A DNA stretch of 64,000 nt. It comes from Octopus vulgaris. Its lineage: Eukaryota. Positions 55,183 through 64,000 of this stretch are shown here, in pieces. The stretch is from NCBI GenBank assembly GCA_951406725.2, contig OX597831.1:83452001-83516000 (forward strand), written 5' to 3'. Made by a program: the position numbers and the translations under genes. The notes below the pieces were generated by a model that did not search any database, was not told where the DNA came from, and saw only the letters and a program-made list of their open reading frames with translations. Each line of letters opens with the position of its first letter. The stretch's first letter is position 1.

Positions 55183-55512
55183 AGAGGGCGCGTGGCTTAG
55201 TGGTTAGGGCATTCGGCTCATGATCGTAAGGTTGTGAGTTCGATTCCCGGCGACGCGTTGTGTCCTTGAGCAAGACACTTTATTTCACGTTGCTCCAGTC
55301 CACTCAGCTGGCAAAAATGAGTTGTACTTGTATTTCAAAGGGTCAGCCTTGTCACTCTCTGTGTCACGCTGATTATCCCCGAGAACTACGTTAAGGGTAC
55401 ACGTGTCTGTGGAATGCTCAGCCATTTGCACGTTAATTTCACGAGCAAGCTGTTCCGTTGATCGTATCAGCTGGGACCCTCGTCGTCGTAACCGGCGGAG
55501 TCTTTTTTTTTA
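55183..55512 (+). mobile_element. Full-length tRNA-derived SINE with 12-bp TSD
   Basis: A-box TGGCTTAGTGG, B-box GTTCGATTCC, poly-T end; TSD ATAGCATCCAGC at 55171-55182 and 55513-55524. Confidence 0.93.
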
Positions 55513-55549
55513 ATAGCATCCAGCTATATATCTTCTAGTATTTGAACTC

Positions 55550-55600
55550 ACGTGGACCGGTTTCTGAACTGGCATTATAGCCTTACTTTCCTCAGCACAT
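55550..55600 (-). ncRNA. Type I hammerhead ribozyme motif
   Basis: ATGTG-CTGAGGA-..GGC tataat GCC..-GAAA-CCGG-TC-CACGT: intact core and GUC site; base of stem II imperfect. Confidence 0.65.
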
Positions 55601-55673
55601 ATTACCACGCTGGAAAAATCCCCAAACCCGTCACGTTGAAGTCTGCGATGCACGGATTTGTCATCGTCGTAAC

Positions 55674-55724
55674 ACGTGCCGAGGAAGGTAAGGCTATAAT
55701 GCCAGTCCAGAAACCGGTCCACGT
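55674..55724 (+). ncRNA. Type I hammerhead ribozyme motif (CCGAGGA variant)
   Basis: ACGTG-CCGAGGA-..GGC tataat GCC..-GAAA-CCGG-TC-CACGT. Confidence 0.6.
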
Positions 55725-56042
55725 GAGTCCAAATACTAGAAAATATATAGCTGGATGCTATAGAGGTATGTTGAATGATTTTCTTGAACAGTTTACCCGC
55801 GTACGGTTGACTTCTGTAGTTAATATCGGTGTTATATTTTTTCGGCAGTTTAAATAAGAGTTTTGACTGTTATTTCCGGCAGGGAGACATATTTAGTATG
55901 TCCTTTGATTAATATGAATTTCAATCCTTCAGATATTTAATACTATTTTGGGTTCTGCAATCGCCTATATTATTAATTCTCTTATTATCAATTTACTCAA
56001 ATCTTCGCAAATATTCACTCCTGAATTATTTGCTCCCCATTG

Positions 56043-56084
<42 letters not shown>

Positions 56085-56089
<5 letters not shown>

Positions 56090-56164
56090 GTATTCTAATA
56101 TAGCCTCGGACCGACCAAAGCCCTATGAGTGGATTTGGTAGACGGAAACTGAAAAAGGCCGTCG

Positions 56165-56205
<41 letters not shown>

Positions 56206-56337
56206 TTGTGAGTTTTTCCCCCACCATCCTCTGACAACCGATGGCTTAGAAAGAAAAAGTTCTGAGGTCGATTTGTTCGACTAAAGGCGGTGCTCCAGCA
56301 TGGCCGCAGTCAAATGACTGAAAACAAATAAAAGAAT
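56085..56337 (+). mobile_element. SINE 3' part with CR1/L2-like tail
   Basis: gagtggatttggtagacggaaactgaaa..(TA)(TG)n..ggcggtgctccagcatggccgcagtcaaatgactgaaaac..aataaaagaat. Confidence 0.8.
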
Positions 56338-56342
56338 ATATA

Positions 56343-56777
56343 TATTATCCGAAATGTACAGTATTATATATCCATCACAGCTGATCCCACCAATCGGTTT
56401 CGCGCAAGGAATACAATGGAGTGTTAGGTAACAATCCGATTATATGATCTTACAATCATCAGAGTCAGCCGATATGGAAGGGAATATGGTTACTGTTCTC
56501 TATTTGTGGAGGTGATTTCGCACTTCCGGTTTATGGTTGCTGTGAAAAGGGTGGTGAAACGAAAAAGGGCAGGGGATTTTTCGTTTCACCAGCCTTTTCA
56601 CAGTAACTGCAAACCGGATGCGTCAATTCACCTCCGACAATGGAGAACAGTCGCCATATTCCCTTCCTTATCGGCTAACTCTGATGAACGTAAGGTCATA
56701 TAGTTGTATTTCTTGCGTGAAACCGATTGGTAAGATCAGCCATGGTGGGTATGTAATAGTGTACATTTCAGATAATA
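56343..56777. mobile_element. Imperfect palindrome with paired hammerheads
   Basis: Arms pair along their length around the loop agggcagggga; about 70-nt right tail, then (TA)n. Confidence 0.85.
56674..56740 (+). ncRNA. Type I hammerhead ribozyme motif
   Basis: GCTAACT-CTGATGA-ACGTAAG..CTTGCGT-GAAA-CCGATTGG-TA-AGATCAGC; the mirror at 56380-56469 has TG at the cleavage position. Confidence 0.7.
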
Positions 56778-56865
56778 CACCCACTCTATTGACAGACATG
56801 CGAGTCCATCTTTGCCCTGACTTATGGACTCTTAGACGACTCGTGCATATATATATATATATATA

Positions 56866-57227
56866 CTAGCTGAAGGTGACCCGCTCTACGCGCGGGTAAG
56901 AGTGTGGTTGTTACTTTCTGTTGCTTCCTTTCAGCACGTAAAAAGCACCATCCGAACGTGGCCGATTGCAGCGCCGCCTTGATTGGCTTCTGTGCCGGTG
57001 GCACGTAAAAAGCACCAACCGATCGTGGCCGCTGCCAGCTCCCCTGGCACCCGTGCCGGCGGCACAAAAAAAGCACCCACTACGCTCACAGAGTGGTTGG
57101 CGTTAGGAAGGTTATCCACCTGTAGAAACACTGCCAGATCAGACTGGAGCCTGGTGCAGCCTCCTGGCTTCCCAGACCCCGTCAAACTGTCCAACCGTGC
57201 TAGCACGGAAAACGGACGTTAACCGAC

Positions 57228-57261
<34 letters not shown>

Positions 57262-58059
57262 CTCCCTCTTTGTTTCTCTCTCACTTTCCCCACTCTCTTA
57301 CTCTTCCTTTCTCTCGGACTCTCCCTCGCTTTCTCTTACTCTCTATCTTTATCTATCTCTCTCCCATTTATAAACAACAAAAGATGTTGAGTAAGTTGAG
57401 AAATAAAATATTTAGAAAGATCAATCATAAATATCAGGCAGTAACAACGGAAAGGTCTGCTTCAAGGCAGACAGCAAAACACTAACATTTAAAAGGGACA
57501 GACGAACTTGCGAGCTGAATAAAAATAATAAAATATTGGAAACTAAAGTTTGAAGGGATAGAATCTGAGGATAGTAGAGTCACCATGGCTGGCATTTCTT
57601 AACGACGGATAGCAACGTTTTGACAGTTTAACGGCTGGCGTAAAATTTTGAACTTGATGTAAAAGAAAGTTCGTAAACACCAAGTTTTGAAGTGATTCTT
57701 TCTCACGACAGTAGACTCACCATGGCAAGCATTCAAAACTTCATCATGGACGGCAACACATTGACAATTAAAAGGCTGGCGCAAATTTTTTAGCTTGATA
57801 TAACAGAGAATTCCTAAACACCCGCTCCTTTAAGTTTTAATCCCCTTCCAGCCCCATTTAGACCCCTTTTCACATTTTGGTTAATATAACCCGATTTCAT
57901 TCGGGTCTACTGGGGCCACATTTTATAAGATGAGGAATTTTGTCCTAGAGGTCACGCTTTTCATTCGAGGAAAAAAAAAATAGTTGTCATGCAAACTTGC
58001 CAGCACTTTTAACATAGGTCTGCATATTTTCAGCTCAACCGACCACAAAATGCACACAT

Positions 58060-58113
<54 letters not shown>

Positions 58114-58807
58114 GGAGTCTCTGTCATACGTGAACGTTGACGCTGAATTCGACTGGTAAGCAGGTAACCTTGTCTTTGTTGAAATAGTTGTGAGCTGCTG
58201 GAGTTATTTCTCTGACGGGTAATAGGAATTTCCATATCCTCCGATGAAACGAATTGTTGACCCAGACAATTAGAATTAATTTTAATAAAATCATCAATTT
58301 AAGAAAAAATAATAAAGTAGTAAAAAATGAAAATTTAGCACGAAAAATTTGCAGGGTTCTAAATAAATGTTAAAATGTAATAGATACGAAAAACCTACGT
58401 TATCACCAGAACACGAACGCTCGTTGGCGTGTTCTGTTTGTATTTGCTCGATCGGCGCATTGACAGGCAGACAATAGAGTGCGATGGCGAGATTAATAAT
58501 ATTTGTTGTCATGATTGTGTGTTGGTGCTGGCGATGGTAATTCTCTCTATGAATGCAGACAGATACATAAAAGAAGGCCGTTTGAGGAAGTGAAAGTAAT
58601 GGGAATGTATGAAATAGAGTGAGTGAAAAAGTGCTGGTAAGAGAGGAAATAGCGAGAGTGAGTTGAGGAAGACAGATACATTAAAGAACGCGAGTGGGTT
58701 TTTGGCCCTAGCAACGTCACCTTTTTACATGTCCCTGTAAATTTTGGAGTCAATCGGACGGGATGTAGTGGCCTTGAAAGCGATCCAAGCGGTAAAAACG
58801 CATTTCA

Positions 58808-58820
<13 letters not shown>
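56866..58820 (-). mobile_element. Probable non-autonomous Helitron with nested SINE and internal repeats
   Basis: CTAG at 56866-56869 next to GC hairpin ACCCGC..GCGGGT (56879-56897); other end ..CAGTTTTATATATA resembles 62493-62509; continuity between the ends is inferred. Confidence 0.5.
56932..57260 (+). mobile_element. SINE with internal repeats and (GAT)n tail
   Basis: Three GCAC(GT/AA)AAAAAGCACC units; GGCGTTAGGAAGG.TATCCA.CTGTAGAAAC; GAAAACGGACGTTAA then (GAT)n. Confidence 0.75.
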
Positions 58821-58876
<56 letters not shown>

Positions 58877-58878
<2 letters not shown>

Positions 58879-59016
58879 ACGCTCAGGAAAGGAAAGAAAG
58901 AAGGAGGATTTAAAGTTTCGAGCGGAGCTCTTCGTCAGAAACATAGGAAAAGGAAAGGTCCAAGGAAGGGAAGACGGAGAAAGAAAATCGGCAACGATAC
59001 TCACGTGGTCACATAT
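58877..59016 (-). mobile_element. Short hammerhead-bearing element (same family as 63427-63617)
   Basis: Minus 58942-58908: GTTT-CTGACGA-AGAGctccgCTC-GAAA-CT-TT-AAAT; abuts (TA)n. Confidence 0.75.
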
Positions 59017-59115
59017 TGAAAAAAATGAAAATATATATACCGGAGTAAGCATATAAATGTGAAATAGAGTATTAAAAAATAGTATTTGAATACTGGAGGT
59101 AGAGTAATATGCTTT

Positions 59116-59388
59116 ACAAAGACATCACAAAAGCTGTTACCGAGAGTTTCGCGTTCCCGTTCGTCGGACAGTTTGGGTTGAGAGTGGAACAAAATATGTT
59201 TATATTCATAAAATGTACAGTTACGTTTATAAATACACATTTAAAGATGGTCTTGTTCCATTGGTCGTTTAGTTGAAAGGACCAATTTATATTTATGAAT
59301 AGAGCCATATTTTGTTCCATCCTCCACCAAAACTGTCCGACGAATGGAAACGTGAAATTCTCGGTAACAGCTTTTGTGGTGTCTTTGT
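59116..59388. mobile_element. Imperfect palindrome (arms about 95 bp) with paired hammerhead-like motifs
   Basis: Plus 59333-59370 CTGT-CCGACGA-ATGgaaaCGT-GAAA-TTCTCGG-TA-ACAG; mirror at 59134-59171. Confidence 0.75.
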
Positions 59389-59404
59389 TGCTTTATTTAT
59401 AAAG

Positions 59405-59479
<75 letters not shown>

Positions 59480-59532
59480 TTATGTATGTATGTATGTATG
59501 TATGTATGTATGTATGTATGTATGTATGTTAG

Positions 59533-60086
59533 TGTCAGGTCACTTTCGAGTGCTACTGGTAACATGTAACCCAGTACAACCTGTTGCATGGTCGGGTCGT
59601 CGGCGACTAAACCGGCAACCCCACCAAGCTTGCTTGGTGAGGAAGGTGTTTATTGGACACTCTGCGGGATGAAAAACAAAACCCGTCAAAGGGCGGAGGA
59701 ACTCTTGAGAGTCAACGGCCATCCAATAAATGTCTTAAGGCTGTATCATGCTCGGGGACATAGAAATAATCGGACTGAATACCCGATCGCGCGGTTAAAC
59801 CATTGGGAGTGAAGGACTCCCAGCCTTTGGTAGGGCATCCTTCTAGGAGAAGGTAACTCGGGAAACTGGAATAACTCCGACATAAAACCTGCAGCTCAGT
59901 GGTTACCGATGATGTTGACTTGTTCTTCTTTTCGGATTATGACTGCTGTTGCTTAGTGAGGGGGATTGACTCAGTGCACAGCCTTTCCTCACTTTAAAAA
60001 AATCTTCTTGCACTGGCATTGCACGATAACAACATTGATTAAGCCTCGTGCAATGGCCATACTCGATAACGAGGGGGCAGCCACCA
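59533..60086 (+). mobile_element. RTE-type non-autonomous retroelement copy 3
   Basis: Near-identical to the other two copies; (TATG)n on both sides. Confidence 0.85.
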
Positions 60087-60143
60087 TGTATTTATGTATG
60101 TATGTATGTATTTACTATTTTATTAAAGCTGGCTTAAAATTTT

Positions 60144-60192
60144 CACAAACTATTACTCAGAGTTTCATTTGACCGTTCATCAGATAGTTGTG
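60144..60192 (-). ncRNA. Type I hammerhead ribozyme motif at a probable Penelope-like 3' end
   Basis: CACAACTAT-CTGATGA-acggtcaaat-GAAA-CTCTGAG-TA-ATAGTTTGTG followed by AATAAA; stem II decayed. Confidence 0.6.
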
Positions 60193-61324
60193 ATGATAAA
60201 ACTTTATGAGTAATACATAATATGATATAGTCTTTAGTGGTTACAGTTCAACGAATAAGCATTTCAATTTGATTGGGGTAAATAAATTCATTCAGGGAAC
60301 ACCGGTATATAATAGGCTGCCAGTGGGGTTTGACTGTAGCGGGTAACTTGCTTTGCTCGTTATTGAGTTAAAAATTGTCCTCCCTTCATGGTTGCCCAGT
60401 TTTATTTCTGACATCTTTGATAAAGAGGATTCGGAGTTAATTCTCTGAACATTATTATTAAATTATGCAATACTCAAAACATTCTAAACAACGATTTTCT
60501 CCGACTTTTACTGCCGCCCTTCCATTATCGATTCAATCAACCGTTAATAAGGTACCACCATCGTTACCATGTTAGTTGGTTTGGCTCTTGATAGCTGTTC
60601 CGGTGGCTAAGTCTACCAAGTTTAACAAGTCTAATTATTTTTATAAGGATCACAAAACAAAACGTTGAAAGAAAAGTTATATTTCTGGAACTGTTGTTTC
60701 CTTAGCAATTATTTGCACATCAAATCCTCAAACATTTCTAAATCGATATTAAATTATTCAGCGCAGTTCAATAATTACTGGGAGAGTAACGGCGATGAGG
60801 GAAAATGAAATCAGAGGAAAAACAAAAGAAGTCATCGTAATTCGACCATCTTTAGCACCTCGATTATCTGACATTATCTCTACCCTCATCATAATCCCCG
60901 ATGCCATCTCTATCACCCCGCCACCCCACCCAATGATGCCACTTCCGTCCCAGACACCGCCACTCCCAACTCTATGCTTTGACAATAATTAATCTTGTTT
61001 TTGTTGTGTCACAAATAATCTCATCTCATATTCTGATTTTCCTCCTTTCAACTCTAACCTATCTCTCCCGCTTTCTCTTTCATCTCTCTCTCTCTCTCTT
61101 TCTCTCGTTTCTCACTTCCCCTTTCTCCCATTCACTCCCTCCTCCTCTCTCTTACAAGCTAATTATCTGTCTTCCTTTTTATCACCCCTCTTACTCTCTC
61201 TCACACTTTCTTTCTATTTTTCTCTTTTAATCACCTTTTCACCTCTTCTTCCTTCATTCTATCATTCACTCATTCCACTCATATTTTACTCATTTTCTTT
61301 ATAACTCAATCTTTGATTTATTTC

Positions 61325-61397
<73 letters not shown>

Positions 61398-61997
61398 CCC
61401 TCCACCTTACAACCGTCTCTCACAATTTTCTGATACGCCAAAACGGCGTTCTCCATATTGATTCAAAAACAGAGTTTTATATATTACATAAGTGTAGGCA
61501 GCATCTCATTTTTAATAAACAATGCTAGCAAGATATTTGCCGATAGCAATGTTATCAAAACAAGGCAATTAGCTCTGTACTCAAAAATAACATCAATTGA
61601 AGTTCATTTGTGAAATAACTGTTTCTCTATTGCTACTGAAACGAACAATGTATACAAAATAGCGATTACATATAAAGCTAAACTGCTAGAGTAGAGAAGA
61701 ATTGTTGTTGTTGTTGTTGTTTAAGTACCAAATCAGCTCTGCTTGAACAGATTCGTGTTTAGAGATATTCCAAGTTTGACCATCTGGTGACTAGATTGTA
61801 GTCCTTTATCCAATCACAGTACTTTTCAAAGTATACTATCCAAAATGTTCCTATTTTAATAAAGATAATCAAAGTATCATTTGAAGAAAACTTGCTTACT
61901 ACTTCTAGTAGTTCGAGTGAGCTAAAAAAAAACAATCTCCTTTGGCTCTAGAGGAGAGATTTTTATAAATGGTGAGAGCCTTCAGCTTTATATAATA

Positions 61998-62509
61998 CAA
62001 GCAGTATCGCCCGGCGTTGCTCGGGTTTGTAAGGGAAATAACTATATAAGCATTTTTAGAGAGTTACTTCCCTTATAGATGCCAATTCGGGCTTTCTTAG
62101 CCATTTCTGTTTTGGTGTCTTCAAGCTATGAAGTCGTTGTTCTAAAAGAACGCTGGTCTCCTTGACAACGCTTTACGACGTTGATTTCCTTACACTCCCT
62201 TCCCCACAGCTTCACGAGGGAGGGAAGAAGGGGGAGAAGCAAACAGGTGCAGGTGTGACCATGGACGCCAACTCCGCCGCCATCGACACACGAAAAATTA
62301 TGCATTAAAATGGAATAAAAAATGATGTTAAATTATTTTTAAAATCGTAGACTCATCGTAGACGCGCGCTAATACTCAGACGGGCTCGATATGAATCACG
62401 ACTATAAGATACCCGAATTTGGTTAAACTGCACCGCAAAATGTGGGAGTAGTTAGGAATCTAAATCGAAGGGGACAGACACTCACACAACTACAGTTTTA
62501 TATATATAA
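61998..62509 (-). mobile_element. Non-autonomous Helitron-like element
   Basis: Terminal hairpin CCCGGCGTTGCTCGGG (62010-62025) near a mutated CTAG end; other end CAGTTTTATATATATA. Confidence 0.65.
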
Positions 62510-62569
62510 TAATATAAAATAAGATCTTACCGGCCAAAGCTATGTCAGTGGGCCCATTAAACAACTAAC

Positions 62570-63297
62570 AGCGCATTTGAATAAATAACGATGTCATTAA
62601 AAAATTAACGTGCCATTAAATAAATTTGGAAAATCATGGTAGAAATGTTTTATGAAATGACAGCTGGTGTTGAAAGTCAATTAGTTTCAAAACTTACGGT
62701 AAATGAGTTCTCACTTCAAATAGATGAATCAACTCTACCTGATAATTCTGCTTTTTTAATGCCATTTGTTAGGTTTCTTAATGTCAATGATTTATGTCAA
62801 GAATTGCTTTTTTGCTTTGAAATTAACGACCGACACAAAAAAGGAATCCATCTTCAAAAACTTGAAGCCTATTTTGAAGAAAATAACATTCCATTGAAAA
62901 ACATTTTGGCTTGCGAAACAGATGGCGCTGCTGCTATGATAGGAAGATATCGGGGATTCAATGCTTACTTTAAAAAAGTTGTTCCTAATGTGCTTTGTGT
63001 TCACTGGGTTCTTCATTGACAGAATCTGGTTGCCAAACACATAGCAGGACGTTTGAGTGATGCACTTATAAATGTTATCGAAGCTGTCAACATGATAAAA
63101 AAAAGAATGCACTGCAAGATCGCCTCTTGAAGCAATTATGTAAAAATAACGACGAGGAATTTGAACGACTTGTGTTGCATACCGAAGTCAGATGGCTATC
63201 CAAGAGTAATTGCCTGCATCCACTTTGTTGCACTTTGAGACACTGTAATCTCTTTTTTGAGTGAAACAGAGCTTGGAGACAAACTTGTTGAAGTAAA

Positions 63298-63300
<3 letters not shown>
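62570..63300 (+). pseudogene. hAT (Buster/Charlie, ZBED5/SCAND3-like) transposase relic
   Basis: FSLQIDESTL..FVRF..ELLF, TDGAAAMIGRYRGF, VHWVLH*QNLVAK (CxxH motif decayed), LHTEVRWLSK..CL; stops and frameshifts. Confidence 0.9.
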
Positions 63301-63332
<32 letters not shown>

Positions 63333-63375
63333 GTAATAATAATAATAATAATAACAATAATATATATATATATAC

Positions 63376-63426
<51 letters not shown>

Positions 63427-63427
<1 letters not shown>

Positions 63428-63617
63428 AATGTGACCGTGTGTGTACCGTTGGCGATTTGTTTTCCTCTGTCTTCCTTTCTCTGGATCTTTCCTTCTCCTA
63501 TGTTTCAGACGAAGAGCTCCGCTCGAAACGTTAAACCCTCTTTCTTTCCTTCTTTTCTGAGGGTCCAATAATACTCGCGTTGTTGTGTTTTTTTGTGCTT
63601 TCTTGTTTGGATTAACT
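63427..63617 (+). mobile_element. Short hammerhead-bearing element between (TA)n tracts
   Basis: 63502-63536 GTTT-CAGACGA-AGAGctccgCTC-GAAA-CG-TT-AAAC; homologous to 58877-59016. Confidence 0.75.
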
Positions 63618-63630
63618 ATATATATATATA

Positions 63631-63929
63631 ATTATTTAACAATTAATTATCAGGTAGATAGCGTGAAAAGACTAAATTCCTTTTTAAATGTCTTGCTTTG
63701 GAAAAATTGCATTGGGTATGATTAGTAAAATTTTTTGGTAGAAATGACTAATGTCCCTCTTAGCGTGTGACATGTATGTGTAATAATGCCCTCTATATAT
63801 AAATTAATATGTTCAATAAGAAAGAATTATTTTCGAAATTTTTCTCCTATGAGGTTTTTCACGCTATCTATCTGATAATTTCTTGTTAAGATTCCTTATT
63901 AAGAAGTTATCCTTAATTGTTAAATAATT
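63631..63929. repeat. Inverted-repeat-bounded element
   Basis: AATTATCAGGTAGATAGCGTGAAAA vs TTTTCACGCTATCTATCTGATAATT; outer AATTATTTAACAATTA vs TAATTGTTAAATAATT. Confidence 0.7.
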
Positions 63930-64000
63930 TTATTCCGAAAAAACTTTTCCTATCCGAAATGCAATTCGAAGAAGCCTGCCATTTACCGGATGTATTATAT

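Larger units (their letters stand above)
55012..55918. mobile_element. Palindromic element (arms about 245 bp) with paired hammerheads, interrupted by a SINE
   Basis: 55012-55182 + 55525-55600 is the reverse-complement homologue of 55674-55918. Confidence 0.85.

Noticed and set aside
55183-55255. tRNA gene
   Set aside because: A/B boxes are present but continue into a SINE body with TSD; no full cloverleaf
59533-59650. HDV-like ribozyme at the RTE-type element 5' end
   Set aside because: A P4-like hairpin plus CTAA is present, but P1/P2/P3 pseudoknot pairings could not be assigned
62636-63019. Domesticated ZBED/SCAND-type gene
   Set aside because: In-frame stop, frameshifts and truncation by a microsatellite indicate a dead transposase

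Overview
Eukaryotic, AT-rich, microsatellite-saturated intergenic or intronic DNA. The SINE families and repeat style suggest a cephalopod such as Octopus (inference). I found no host protein-coding gene I can support; most ORFs in the track are translations of microsatellites. The window is a graveyard of mobile elements: six R4/Dong-like RLE LINE fragments, a Hero-like RLE LINE, two CR1/L2-like LINEs, an RTE 3' end, two decayed Gypsy LTR elements with a tRNA-Ser-type PBS, an ORF1-only L1/Tx1-like element, a hAT transposase relic, Helitron-like elements, MITEs and many tRNA-derived SINEs. The main hidden signal is at least five distinct palindromic mini-elements (10251-10565, 17170-17311, 55012-55918, 56343-56777, 59116-59388). 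Each carries a minimal type-I hammerhead-ribozyme motif in both arms, always pointing outward, and solo hammerhead modules also occur next to (TA)n tracts. These are probably Penelope-like pseudo-LTR or retrozyme derivatives. Also notable are an ORF1-only retroelement inserted at the apparent initiator of a Gypsy LTR and a structured RTE-type non-autonomous element found only inside (TATG)n. All structures were folded and aligned by eye, and boundaries are approximate where stated.
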